The notes beneath the pieces are model-generated. The model saw nothing but the letters and a program-made list of their open reading frames with translations, ran no database searches and was not told where the DNA came from. The translations under genes were made by a program, and so were the position numbers. Shown here in pieces: positions 1 through 13,589 of a DNA stretch of 64,000 bases (positions are counted from its first letter, which is position 1; each line of letters starts with the position of its first letter). Source of the stretch: Cenococcum geophilum. Lineage: Eukaryota. Location of the stretch: NCBI GenBank assembly GCA_050273025.1, contig CP158635.1, positions 1,612,001-1,676,000 of the forward strand. Reading direction: 5' to 3'.

Positions 1-3000
1 TAGTAATAAGCTTGCTAGAAACTAAAGGTATAGAGTTTATCCTATTAGGAGATATAAACCTCCACTACCCGCGATAGGGGGGTATCTATATTACTGCTAA
101 TTAATAGGTAGAGTGCCTACTAAGAGCTATAGACACCTAGGGCCTTAAGTTGGCTACCCCCCTAGGAGTAACTATATAGCAATAAGGAACCTCCAGAAGT
201 ATAATTGACCTCATATTTATAGACAAAGGCCTATACTAGAGACTCGAAAGGTATAACCCTAAAGAAGAATAGGTACTCGCCTTAGACCATATCCCCATCT
301 AGATATAGCTAGATTTAGATATTAAGGCGTAACTAAGTAGTAAAAGATACGTAATAAGGAAGCTTAAGATAAATAGTTTCCTTAATATAGTTAAATAATA
401 ACTCTAAGACCTAGAAGAAATCCACCTAATTCCAAATAAGCGAGGCTTATTAGCTACCCCTAAGGAAATCGACTAAAGACTAAAAAGGATTTAGGTAGCG
501 ATTAAAAATAGGCTAGAAGAGCACTGCCCGGTCTTAAAACTGGGCCCCTACGCGCGACACGCATGGTCCGTATAATACGCGGTTCTTATTACCAGCCAAT
601 GATAAGTAAGAAGGAAATATATAAGTAGCTATAACCCTAAAAACGAGAGATGATATAAAGATATAAGAAACCAGTTAAAGAATACCCTAAAGAAAGAAGT
701 AAGGAATAACTGGAGACGGTTTATAAACAAGTATACTTTTAACCCGAGCCTCCCCTATAATAAGGGCCTTTAGGCTATAGCAAAATAGGTATAAAAAAAA
801 AGGTAGGGCGCCTAGTAGAAGACCTATACTTACTACCCCTATAAAGAGTAGGGGAATTATAGGCCACTAATAGCAACGATAAGAAGGTAAAGATCCTTAT
901 AGAAAGGTTCTTCCCCTAACTAGCTCTAGTAGACCTTAGTAATATTATAGGTAAAACACTGGTGACTCGCCTAAGGGTTAACAGCGATATAATAATAGAG
1001 GAAATGGCCAGAACTATTAGCCGCCTTTTAAATAATATATTACTAGGACTAGATGGGATTCTAAATAAGGCCTTAAAAATATATGGACTACTTATAGCAC
1101 CTTAGCTTGCAGATATAGCTAGGGCATGCTTTGCTATAGGCTACTACCCGTAACTTAGAAGAGCTATAACGACGGTTATTCTACGGAAAGAAGGTAAAGT
1201 AGATTACTTAATCCTAGGAAGCTACCGCCCTATTGCCTTAAAAAACACCCTTAGTAAGATCTTAGAAAAGGTAATAGCAGACCATATAGTAGATACGGCT
1301 AAGAAATATAACCTACTACTATAAAGCTAAATGGGGGCAAGAAAGAACCGCTTAATACTATTAGCACTTATGCTACTTGCTACCACCATTAAATCCGCAT
1401 AGGCGATGCGAAGGGACTTTATAGTATTAATGCTTAGCCTAGATATTAGCGGCGCCTATAATAATATACCCTATAAGCGTCTCCTATATATCTTTAGGGT
1501 AAAAGGCTTTTTAGAATAGATTATATAATTTATTTAAAGGTTTATAGGTTAGAAAGAAATATTATTAGTCTTTAGTGGATACTAGAGCCCCCCTATTACA
1601 GTTATAACAGGAATACTATAAGGATTACCCCTCTCGCCTATACTCTTCCTTTTCTTTATAAGTAACCTGCTTAACTTCTTTAAGGAAGGGGTAACCTAAG
1701 GGATAGGCTTTGTTAATAATATAAACCTAATTATATACAGGCTAATAGCCGCAGAAAATTGCAGAATACTAGAGAAAGCTTATAACACCTATATAGAATA
1801 GGCAAGACGATATAGAGTCTAATTCTCACTAGAGAAATACTAGCTAATCTACTTTATAAGAAAACGTAACTAATCTATAGATCTTTAGCATATAATCCGC
1901 ATTTAAGGCTTTAGGGGTTAACTAGTTTAGGGTCTAAGGGTATTAGGAGTATAGGTAAATAGTAAGCTCCGGTGAAGCGTATATGCGGCGTAAGCAGCCT
2001 ATAAGGGCTAAGTATAGTATATTATATTATCTAGGATTATTAATTTTATATAGGGTCCATGCTTCTAGAGGTTACGCCTATTATATATAGCAGTTATCCG
2101 GCTAACTACAACGTATAGGTCCAGTATTTGGGCTATTGGAGAATCTGAAAAAGGCCCCCCTAAATCGCTCCTTAAACTACTCTAAAAGGTCTAAATAGCC
2201 TGCCTTTAGAGTATAATATGCGGATATAAGCGAACGGCTATAGCACTGCTTAAAAAGGAAGCTAATATTCCCCCCCTATAACTATATATTAAAGCCGCTG
2301 TAATATAAAGGGCGTAAAATAAACGTAACTTTAATGTTATAAAGTATATTAAGACACGCCTAAATAAACTATAGAGGGATCTTAGGGCGCCCTATAGGAG
2401 AACAAACCAATAACCTTAAAGTAGGGAAGACATATTAGAGAAACAGGTAAAAAAAGTAAAAGAAGAATAATGCTGCTTTAGGGCCCAGGCCTATATAGAG
2501 GAGGAAGGGAAACGCGTAAGAGGCCAGTAAAGATAATAGTAAAAGAGAGAAAGGAGTAAAAGTAGAGTATAAAAGAATACTAGGAAACTATCTACTATAA
2601 TATAACACTGGCTAAACTAACGCTAGAGAGGTGTATGGGAGTTAAAGGTATAGAGGCTAACTAAGGTAAGAGGAACCTAAGCTGTAGCATGGTTAATACT
2701 ATAGGGGGTAAATATTCTAGGGCTCTAAGAAGGCCTAATAAAGGCAAAAAATATAATAGTAATACTCTTAAAAACAGGAATAATAGGACTAAAAGACTAG
2801 CTCTACTAGGTAGGTATCCTAGTAGGTAGCCTAAGATATAAATGTGGCTAGCTAAGATAGACACCAAAACACGTAATACTATTATGCCCCTTACGCACTA
2901 ACTAAGAAGTAATGCTCTTAGTAGCTAGCATAGAGAACTATAATATACTGCTCTTAATATAAAAAGGCCTTAAGGCGGTTACCTAGTGGCTTATTAGCTA

Positions 3001-3352
3001 AAATATACTAAACCAGTTCTAGGTTGCAAAGGAAATAGTAATAAAGGGCGGGGGGGTAAGCAACGGGCGCCCCCTAATAACTCTATAGTGGTAGAGTAAA
3101 GTTTATAATACTAGCGCGTCTATAGGCTTGTTACAGCAGCAGTAGTTCCTAAAAAGGTTAAAAAGTAAGGTAGTAGAGCACTATAGGTAACTTATATGCG
3201 CCTCGCAGGCGCCTCGTAGGCGAGTCCTAAAAGGTAGGGAGATAGATTACGGGGTTTTCTTAAATAGAGTTTTCTCCCTATATGTATATAAGGAGTAGTC
3301 CGCGTGGGCCTAATAGGGATCCGAATTAGACGTTAAGCAATGAATAATAATA
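1..3352 (+). mobile_element. Tad1-like LINE, copy 1 (ORF2 APE-RT region and 3' UTR; 5' part outside window), RIP-inactivated
   Basis: De-RIPed reading gives APE motif GDMNLHHPRWGG (~48-83), RT motifs YRPIALENTLSKILEKV (~1222-1272), G.PQGSPLSP.LFL (~1610-1651) and GFVDD (~1706-1720). It ends in gcaatg(aat)3 at ~3337-3352. Near-identical to the reverse complement of 37570-40920. Confidence 0.92.
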
Positions 3353-5585
3353 AATATATATATAACTATTTAATTTTAATATAATATAAATTACCCTTAC
3401 TATAAACCTTAAACTAATATAATAAAGTTATAACTACTAATTATAGTAAAGAATATAAAGATAATATATTAAAAACCCTTAAAATTTATATAGTATAAAC
3501 CGCACCCTTTTATTTATTAGTAAGAAAATAAAACTATAAAATTTTTACTATAACACTAAAAGATATTAAGAAGGTATTAAAATTAAAGTAATATATTAAC
3601 CCCTAACCTTTTATACCTAAAGAATATTATAATTTAATTAATATATTTAAGAAATAATTTATAAACTAACTACCCCTATATTAAAATAAGTATAATTTAA
3701 AAATAAAACTTAAACCTAGTATAATATTAAAGTTTGGCCTGTTATACGGTATATTATAAGAAGAGCTACTTATAATATAATAATACCTTAGGGAACACCT
3801 AAGGAAAGGATTTATTTGCCTTAGTTAATTACTATTTACTAAGAAACCTAAAAGAGGCTTAAGGTTTTATATTAATTATTAAACCCTAAATATAATTATA
3901 ATTTAAAACCAATATTTAATTCCTCTACTTTAAGAAACGCTTAACTACTTAGTAAAAGTATAATACTTTATAAAGCTTAACGTAGTTATTACCTTTAATT
4001 AAATCCATATTTATAAAGGAGATAAAAAGTATATAGCTTTCTATATATAATAGGGACTTTTTAAATACCTAGTAATACTATTTAGTATAAAGAATAGTCC
4101 TTATATATTTTAATAATATATTAATAATACGCTTCGCGAATTCCTTAATATATTTATTACCATATATATTAATAATATCTTAATCTATTTATCCTTACTT
4201 TCTAAGTATTAAAAGTATATCTAAATAGTCCTTAAGTGCCTATAAAACGCCGGCTTATAATATAATATTAAGAAATATAAGTTTTATATATCTAAAGTTA
4301 TATACTTAGGCCTAATTATATCCTATAATAGAATTAAAATAAACCCTAAAAAAATTATTATAATTATAAACTAGGAAAGTCCTAGTAGTATATAAAATAT
4401 TTAAGGATTTCTAAGATTTATAAATTTCTACTATTAATTTATTAATTACTTCTTAAAAATTATTTAGCTATTAGTAAACTTAATAAGAAAGAATATAAAA
4501 TTTAAATAGACTACTAAATATAAATAAGCTTTTAATAACCTAAAATATTATTTTATAACTGCTCTAATTCTTACCTACTTTAATCTAGACCTTAAATATA
4601 TTATTAAAATAGACTTATCTAATTATATATTAAAAGGGGTATTATTATAATATAATAAGAACAGTAAGCTACGCCTAGTAGCCTTTCTCTTTTAAAAACT
4701 TACCCCTACTAAATTAAACTATAAGATATATAATAAGGAACTACTTACAATTATTAAATACTTTAAATAATAGCGTTTAAAACTTAAAGGATTATTATTT
4801 CTAATACGCGTATTAACGGACTATAAAAACCTATAGTACTTTATAACTATAAAGCAATTAATATAGCGTTAAATTTATTAGGCCAAATACCTTTTATAAT
4901 TTAACTTTAAGATTATATACTAACCTAGTAAACTTAATTAAAAGCCTAACTTATTAATATAATAATTATAGAACTTATTTATAAACACTTCTAACGAATA
5001 GATTATAAATTAATTATAAACACTTCTAACGAATAGATTATAAATTAATTATAAATTTTACTGCCCCCTAAACGCTTTAAAAAACTATACCCTATATTTC
5101 TAAATATAGAGCTTAATAAAAATTAATTGGAAATTAATAAGTGGGATATAAAAATTAATAAATTAATAAAGTATAAATATAAGAATAACCCTTAGATAGT
5201 AGATATAATAAAAGTAATTTAAATAGGGAAATAGTAATATAAAAATATTATACTTACTAAACATAAAATCCGTAATAATTGGTTATACTATTAATAGAAA
5301 ATAGTAGTCCCGAATTCTAAACCCTTATAATTTAAAATACTTAAATTTATATACGATTTCCCTATAGTAGGGTATCCTAGTTATATAAAGATATATAAGA
5401 TTATTTAATAAGTATATTACTAGCTTATAATATATAACTATATATAAAAATACATTTAAGTATATAGAATATATATATATAGGAAGACCTCTTATATAAA
5501 GAAATAAGGAGTACTTTAACTATTACTAATTCTAATACAAAAATAGCGAGATATTTTAATTAACTTTATAGTTAACTTGCCTAAC
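3353..5585 (+). mobile_element. Gypsy/Ty3 chromovirus-type element A, pol segment 1 (RT, RNase H, start of integrase), RIPed
   Basis: RT YIDDILIY (RIPed tatattaataatatc, ~4165), RNase H NYEIYDKELLAII (~4717-4755) and integrase H-D..GHPG (~5350-5380). The frame resumes at 14578 after the Copia B1 insertion. Confidence 0.9.
4979..5055. repeat. Perfect 35-bp tandem duplication inside Gypsy A
   Basis: ataaacacttctaacgaatagattataaattaatt at 4981-5015 and 5016-5050. Confidence 0.95.
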
Positions 5586-5762
5586 TGTTGGTTATATAAG
5601 GGGATATCACGTAGCTACGGTTCGTAGATAGTATGATGATTGTTCTTCTTAATTCTTCTTTAGGGGGGGTAAGGAGCTTAAGGCTTATCGCCACACTAGT
5701 GCCGCGGCGATATGTGACGGTAACTTGCCGTATGTAACGGCAACTTGCCTATATTCCTAATA
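5586..5762 (-). repeat. B1 3' LTR
   Basis: Direct repeat of 14401-14577; adjacent PPT-like ctcttctttt on the + strand. Confidence 0.92.
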
Positions 5763-5940
5763 CTGGCAACTCTTCTTTTACGGTTGCCATCTATATATAT
5801 ATACCGCTCGACTAGCGTAATAAATATTAATCCTCTTTACTTACTATTGCCATTGTAATATAAGTCTTGCTGTCCCAAAATTTGCCTTTTAGTATATAGT
5901 GCTTTCTTGCTTACGAGTTATGGGTAGGTATCTTATTAGT

Positions 5941-6130
5941 AGGGCCGCTAAGGCGCTAGCGGTAAGCGAGCTAATAGCGATTTTCTATCCCGGGGATGGA
6001 AAATCCTAATTGGCTGGGTTAAGTTAGAGTCTGTAGAATGTTATGCTCCCCCTTCTAAAAAAAAGTCTTAGCGAGAGAATCTAACTAATTAGATAACTTT
6101 AACCGCCGGTTAAAGTTCCTGGATATCTTA
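5941..6130 (-). promoter_or_regulatory. 3'-UTR palindrome/CCAAT-like cassette in B1 (modules P2 and P1)
   Basis: agctaat-agc-gattttctatccc-g-gggatggaaaatc-cta-attggct (5969-6015) and aactttaaccg-c-cggttaaagtt (6095-6117). Regulatory role is inferred. Confidence 0.5.
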
Positions 6131-9100
6131 AGACCTTATATAACTAAGAAATTTCTAAGGACTCCCTTTTAACCTAACCTTTAACTTATATATATAGAGT
6201 ATTTATATTAATAAACGTCTCTAGTGCCTTATTTGGATTCGCCTTTGTTATTATATCTGCTAAATTATCTTAACTATTAATCTATTAAATTTTAAAGAGT
6301 TCTTGCCGTTTATAGGATTGCTAAAGTGCCATAATATTAATCATAAGGCGCTTTTCCTTTATAGTACTAAGCTTAACTAGATACTTATAGAGGGAGTATA
6401 AATTAGTGTATACAATTATAGGGATAATAGGAAGTTTAAGTTAATCTATAATTATCTTTAGGGTAGTTCTAATTGTAATTGCTATATTAACTCCGCTAAC
6501 TATTCTATATATCTCTAATACTAGGACACTTTAAGTAACGCGCTTACTCTTAGTTAAGCTCTAATGGATAAGATTGCTATAAATTATAAAGTTATTCTCT
6601 CTAGTAGATTTATTTGTAATAATAATCTTATATCCTAACTAGGAGCTAAAATCTTTATTATTTATAAATGATCTATTAATAAATATAAAGAGCTTAGTAG
6701 TAAGAAGATTAATAGGTATATAGAGTAGTCCCTAATTAAGATGGTTTATTTACTAAAAAAGATGTTTATTTAGGGCAAGAACGTTATCCTTAGTTAGTTT
6801 CTAGTATTAGGTGGTAACGGAGAGATTAAATAAAGCCTTAGGTTAATAGATAGAAGTAATATAAGCTCCGCAAGCGCGTTGCTCTACGTATTCTTGCTTT
6901 AGAGAATTAATGTTAATAATATTAATTTTCTTACCTTAACCTTTCTAGCGCAAAGCAATAGAATTCTTATTTAGGGAGAGGATGCATCTATTAAAGAGTA
7001 ATGGTATTATTAAATTAAGCTTTTCTTTTAGCTTTACTATAAAATTTGCCTTTACTAGCTTATCTTCTTTAAGAGCTAAAAATTGGTTGTCTCTTAAGAT
7101 AATTATATTATTAGTTTATATACTAACGATTCTAAACGGAGTTTCTGTGGTTGTAATAAGAAAGTAGGGATTAAATATAGATATAGTTATTAAAAGCTTC
7201 TCTTTATGGTGCTTACTATAGGTAGCCTACTAATAAGTTCCTGCCTTTGCGATTCCGTATAATGGCTTAAGCACAACCATGATTATATCTTTAGGATATT
7301 AGTGGCGAATTTGCTTTAGAAGGTGTGCTAATATTAAGCGCTAAAGGTGTGTCTTTAATTAGGTGTAGGCCTAGGTAATATTTCGCAAATAGACTGCTAT
7401 TCTATTCTTTATTAAGGAGGGAGCTAATATAACAATAACTTGTTAACTAGCTCGTTAAATCGTAGGAGATTATATAAAAATTATCTCCTTATTATTGTTG
7501 TTGTAACCTTAAATAATAAGCCTTAATTTCTTAAATAGGGCGTTAATAGCTTTGCCCTTAATCTCGTTAACTATTCTTAACTTAAAGATGCGAACTCTAT
7601 TAAATTTAGTAGGGTTATACTTCTTAAATTTAAAGACTCCTCTTATAATAAGACCGTTAATCTCCTACTTATTAGATGCTTAGAAAGGAGCTCCTAGGGT
7701 TATAATATAACCTTTTTTTAGAGCTGTTTTATAAGCTTAAAGTTAGCCTTCTCTTTAGCTGTTATAAAGGCCATTAATAACTTAACTTTATTCTTAATGG
7801 CGGCAATAAATTATTCTTTAAAATTAATAAGATGTTGGCGATTTTATAATCCCTTTAGGCGACCTCTACCGCGTTATAGTTATAGTATATCTACTATAAT
7901 TATATTAGGATTATAGTCGTCTTCTAAAGTATATTAATTATAGTTCTCCTCTAGGGCATCTTTTAGGGCATCCTATAAAGGCTCAGAATTGTTATCTTTA
8001 TAGTAAGGCTTAATAATAGTTAAATGGAATTAAGTAGGTCCGTAAGGCATCTAAATAGTATAAATTTAGCTATTAATTATAATAAGTTAGTATGGGCCTA
8101 ACTATCCTCCCTTTTTATGCTATATGTATACTTTAGACTAGAGTGGTAGATTAAGCGTAGTTAAGGTATTTAGGCCATTTTTTATTCCTAGTATATTATT
8201 AACCTGGCGTATAGCGTAGAGATATTATACCTCCTTTATTACCTTATAAATAGCCTTAGCTTATTATATAATAGAGGGAGATAGTAAAGAATTATTAGTT
8301 ATTTAAGGGTAGGCGCTAAAGACTAGTAATATAGGTATAAGTCTATCTAGGCTAGCGGAATTGTTAATAGCTTTAATAGCTATTTATAAGGTAAGTTCTT
8401 TACTAGCGTTTTTTAATTCTAAAGAGATAATCTTATATACGCGGTATAATGGCGCGTAATATTATTCTACTTTTTTAATACTATTATATGCCTTAACGGG
8501 GACTTCCTTAACCTTAATTGCTATTGCCTTTATCTATTATCGGAACTCTATAGATAAGAAGTTCTTTTTTATATTATAGACGATTTAATTAGGGGGTCCT
8601 AAATAGATATTAATCTAGCATAACTAAAGGGTATCCTATATATTTCTAGCTAATATATCTTTTAAAAAACGCGCGGCTTAAAAAAAAGTTAAGAAGTTAA
8701 TAACTTAGAGTACTAGCTTGCCGCTAAGATATATAACGTTAATAATAATATAAAAGTTAAAATCGTAGTTATCTTTAAGGGTAAACTTAAATCGGCTAGG
8801 GGACTTCTGGTTTATTTAGTAGTAATAGTAGTACTTTATAAGATGCTTAATTGCCTTAACCTTAACCTTATAGCCTACTTACTAAAGAACCCTAAGTAAT
8901 TAATAAACAGATAGGTGGCCAAAACAATGGTATAGTTGGCGTAATTCTAACTTAGTTAAGTGGCTCTAAGTAATACTCTTTTCTAGTTAATAAAGGAGCA
9001 ACTAGGGGTAACCCTACTTGCGTATAACAGGCACCTAATTATCTCCCTAAATAAGTATATTTTTAAGGTTATTAAGCTTAATACCTAATTTGTCTATATC

Positions 9101-10706
9101 TTTAATATAAAATAAAAATAGGGTGTTTATAGGAATAACGTAAAAAGTAATATATCCTAAGGGGGTTTGGACCCTAATTGTGCTGAAAGAGATCGCGGTA
9201 CTCTTGCCAAAACGTATTATATATTAGCCTGCCGTTAATTAGTTAATCTAGATAAAAGTATTAAGTTATTAAAGAGCTTAAACTTAAGATTCTCCTACTA
9301 TAAATACTCCTATAGCTCCGGTATCTAGTATAATACCATAAAAGATATTCGCCGAGTATCTGTTATTAAAGGAGAACGCGGAGCTCTCCTTTGGCTTATT
9401 AAAGATATTTAACTTTATAATAGAATAGAGTGTAGATTAGTTATTAAGAACAGCGACAGTTTATATACCATCTACCTTACTATACTTAGTAAAGTATTAG
9501 TTAGGTAAGTAGTCCTTAATTTCTATATTTATAAGGAGCTATTCAGTCTTATTAACCTTACCCTTAAGATCTTCTACGCCTTTGTATTAAACTAGGAAGC
9601 TTTAAAAATAGGCTATAGTAACCTTATAATTTCTAATGTTTCTTATACTTTAACGAAACTTATTATATACCTCCTTTCGCTTATTAAAGGAGTATCTAGT
9701 TAACTAGTAATTTGGCTTCTTATAAATATAGCACTTCTTCTAGTAATTACTTTAAAATAAACCTCCATAAGGACCTCTATAATTACCTTATAGTTAACGT
9801 TAATTATACCCTCTTCCGTATTCCCTACCACGGCTACTATATATTTAATTAGTCTAGTTATAATTATATTAGTTAGGAGTACTTAGTTAGGTAGGGTTTT
9901 TGGTATAGAGCTATTAAGATTCTTATATTTGCATTATAGTACCTATAGCGGAGCGTAGCTTAGTATATACTCCTTTAAATATATCCGCAGGTTTATATAG
10001 CGCCAAGTTACACTTAGGAATACTACGGCATACTAAGATAACCTAGTCCCTTAAGCTGTTTTTATTTTGGTAAGTTTTAGTAAGGCCACGTTAGATTTTC
10101 TAGAGTTTATTAAAGAGTAGTTAAAGGCACTCTAAATAAGTCTTTGTTAGGTTAGAAGCGATAACTCTTTAGAACATAATCTTCCGCTATTTAGATATAT
10201 AAAGCTAGCGATTTTCATTGGTCTTAAAGTGGGCTCTAGTAAGCTAAAGTATTATATTAAAGCTATAGTTTCTACCTATAATATAGTCGTAATAAAATAT
10301 TGCCGCCCGTCCCTTTAGTATGACTAAGAAAGCATAATAGAACTAGTGGCGTTAAATTCCAACCTTACTATAGCAGTTATAAAAGACCTGTAGTTTTATT
10401 CCGAGTATATTATATAGTTCTCCTCTAAACTTCTTCTCCTCGTCTAGATATACCTTTATTAGATTCGTGACTTCTTATAGTAAAGGCTTACCGGTTAGCT
10501 AGGGTAGAGGAGCTAGAGGCAGCGGAGGTAGAAAAGGAGTACCTCTAGGTAGGAGAGCACCTCTAGGTAGGAGAGTACCTCTAGGTAGAAGAGTAGCGTT
10601 CTAGGGGTTTTATTCCGAATTAAAGTTGCCTTCTAAAGAATATAGGTTGGTTTTAGGTTTCCATAGTTAATATATAATTTTAGCTTCCGTCCATACTAGT
10701 TCTTCT

Positions 10707-13465
10707 TATTGGGAATAATATTATATATAGTTACGTGGTCGTTATATAACGCCGCGGCACTAGCGTAGCAAGGAGCCTTAAGCTCCTCGCCCTCCCTTAC
10801 CCTTTCCTAGAATCAAAATTAACAGAACAACCATTATACTATCTACGAACCGTAGCTACGTGATATCCCCTTGTGTAACCAATACTAATTAGTGGTTAAC
10901 TTTACTGTTATACTATAGAGTAGCTAGGTATTCCACCAAGAAGAGACAAGCCACTATACTAGTGCTACTCGTGCTAAAGGGAGCTATCTTTTAAGGTTAG
11001 AACTGGTCTTAAACCTTAAATAGAACTCTTCTATAAATCTAAGGATCTAAAGGCCAGAACTAGTCCTAAGCCTTTTTAAGATTACGGATTCTTGCGTCTA
11101 TTACGCAGAACAACACGCTTTATAAGTCTTCGCGATTTAAGGCCAGAACTAGTCCTAAGCCCTATAATTACAAATACACGTCTAAACGCGTACTAAACGA
11201 CAAACGCGTACTAAACAACAAATATATATTATAAACGCGTACCAAACAACAATCCCTATACTAACAACACTTCCCTTCCTCTAAAAACATGGCTACTTTA
11301 AATAACTGGAAAGACTCCTTACTACTAGGGGTAGCTACGTACGCAAAACTCATCGACGAAAATTGGGACGAATTTACTATTAATATAACAACTTATACCG
11401 CAAAACAAGTTAACAGCTTTCTTCTATACCGTATTCTATTTTACCGAAGTAGATACTATACCGATTCACAGCTATAGGAATATTTTAGGGAGGATTTTAT
11501 AGAATGGACTGCCGATACCTAGGCACTTGGTAATATTTATATTATTTAAGATTTTCGAGACTTTCTTTGGGAGAAAGGAGTATTTGTCCCTATAGATAGG
11601 GGTAATATTAGAGATAATATTTAGAAGCAAGTTCTTAACGTAAAAGAAGAACACAAATGGACTTCACAAGAGATTGAGCACTAAAAGAAGTTTAACTCTT
11701 GAGGGAATTCTAATAACGGATAGCTATAAGCAACACTATAGACAACCTTAGGCTATTAAACACCTCAAATTCCTCAAGCTGCCGTATCTCAACCTGTGCT
11801 ACAAGCTCCGTCCGTACAAGCTCCGTCTATACAAGCTCCGTCCGCACAAGCTCCGTCTGGACAAGCTCCGTCCGTACAAGCTCCGTTCAACTCAAGCGCC
11901 AAGACATCTCCTCTAACCCCTACCGCGCCTAGATAACCGGCACAACAAGCCAGATCTATAAACGATATCCCAACCCACCAGCAGCAAGCTTAATAAGAAC
12001 CTCCGCAGCAACCTCCGCAGCAACCTCCGCAGCAATCTCCGTAACAATCTCCGCAAGAACCACCGCAAGAACCTCCGCAGCAATCGCAGCAGCTACACAT
12101 ATATACACCACCTAAACCGGCCGTGTATAGTGTGGAGCAAGGACCTAGGCAAAGACCTAGATACAGTAAGGAGGTGGCTATAATTATAGAAATCTACACA
12201 GACAATAAGTTGTTTATGGCTTGCCAGGGAATTCCTTTGCAGTCTTTAACTGTTGCATGGGAGAAGGAACACCCTAGTCAAAGAGTATATACTACCTTCT
12301 ATACGGATCGCCACTACCACAATTAAGATCAAGGCCGAAACTACAACCGAAACTTTAGCCGCAATCAAGCACCCTGCGGACGATATAATAAAGGGGTAGG
12401 TTGAATAAACGAACTTGTTATGGAACCACCTAACGCTCGCACCGTACTGCTACCTAAATCTAACAACTATCGCGCCGATATGCCTGTGAACCAACCCTAT
12501 AACAAGACTCCGTGCCGATCTGCCTACGGAACCAACCCTATACTGGCACCGCACTGCTACATGCTATCGACAAACCGATAGCGCCGCTATGCCTACTATT
12601 ACGATACTGATCGCACCGATACGCCTGCAATTTACCGACAAGATTCCGTGCCGATTTGCCTACGGAATACGACCCCATTGCTGGCATTGTACTGCCACCC
12701 GAACGACCTTATCGCTGGTACCGTACTACTACCTGGACAGACCGCTGCCATGCTTGCAGCTAATTCTGATTTAACCGTTGCTGCTCTACCCGCAGCTTAC
12801 CGATATTTTGCTGCTCCCGCCTACAGCTAATCTTCGACCTTTACTGCTTTGCCTGCAGCTAAACCAACACCTTACTACCTTGCTGCCTTTCTACAGCGCT
12901 ATAAGCATAAAGAAAAATTGCCAGAGGCTTCTTATAGAGCTTAGTAAGGTAGATGACGGTACTAGGGCATGCTACCTGCGACGACCTGCGATGACCTGCG
13001 ATGATCTGCGACGTCCTACAGACCCTAATTCCAACCAGCTAATTAGGATTTTCTATCCCCGGGATGGAAAATCGCTATTGGCTCGCTTACAACTAGCGCC
13101 TTAGCGGCCCTAATACGGTATCCACCTATAACTCCTAAGCAAGAAAGCACTACATATTAAGAGGCAAATTTTGGGACAGCGAGACTTATATTACAATGGC
13201 AATAGTAAGTAAAGAGGATTAATATTTGGTACGCTAGTTAAGCAGTATTTTATATATAGATGGCAACTATAAAAGAAGAGTTGCTAGTATTGGGAATAAT
13301 ATTATATGTGGTCACGTGGTCGTTACATAACGCCGCGGCACTAGCGTAGCGAGGAGCCTTAAGCTCCTCGCCCTCCCTCACCCTTTCCTAGAATTAAAAT
13401 TAACAGAATAACCATCATACTATCTACGAACCGTAGCTACGTAATATCACCTTGTATAACCAACA
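10707..13465 (+). mobile_element. N1: 2.76-kb non-autonomous LTR element related to family B (no pol)
   Basis: 178-bp LTRs (10707-10884, 13288-13465), exact TSD cttct (10702-10706, 13466-13470), ctaattagt after the 5' LTR, B-type 5' UTR and 3' end, no PR/IN/RT/RH motifs. Confidence 0.92.
11289..12830 (+). pseudogene. Remodelled gag-like frame of N1 (B-type N-terminus, QAPS and PPQQ repeats, C-like gag blocks)
   Basis: Track ORFs 11289, 12123 and 12648 share one frame. Hand translation shows no frameshift from 11289 to 12830, only scattered stop codons. Confidence 0.7.
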
Positions 13466-13589
13466 CTTCTATACTAGTAATAACGGCCTAAATATTGCTA
13501 GCAATTAGGTTACCGTTTTTAGTAATATATACCCCATTCCTATAGAGGAAGTCTTAAAATTTTTAAACAATATCAATATTGCTAAGTGC

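Noticed and set aside
2661..2867. 68-aa Leu-rich ORF, repeated at 38057-38263, resembling a small membrane protein
   Set aside because: Antisense to LINE ORF2; it recurs only because the LINE is duplicated.
6982..7167. 61/75-aa ORF pair (also 20210-20437)
   Set aside because: Antisense to the Copia B RT region in two copies of the same element.
13037..13083. P2 as a hammerhead ribozyme (CUGAUGA-stem-GAAA)
   Set aside because: RIP of ctgatgag would give ctaataag, not the observed ctaattag, and no GAAA follows the stem.
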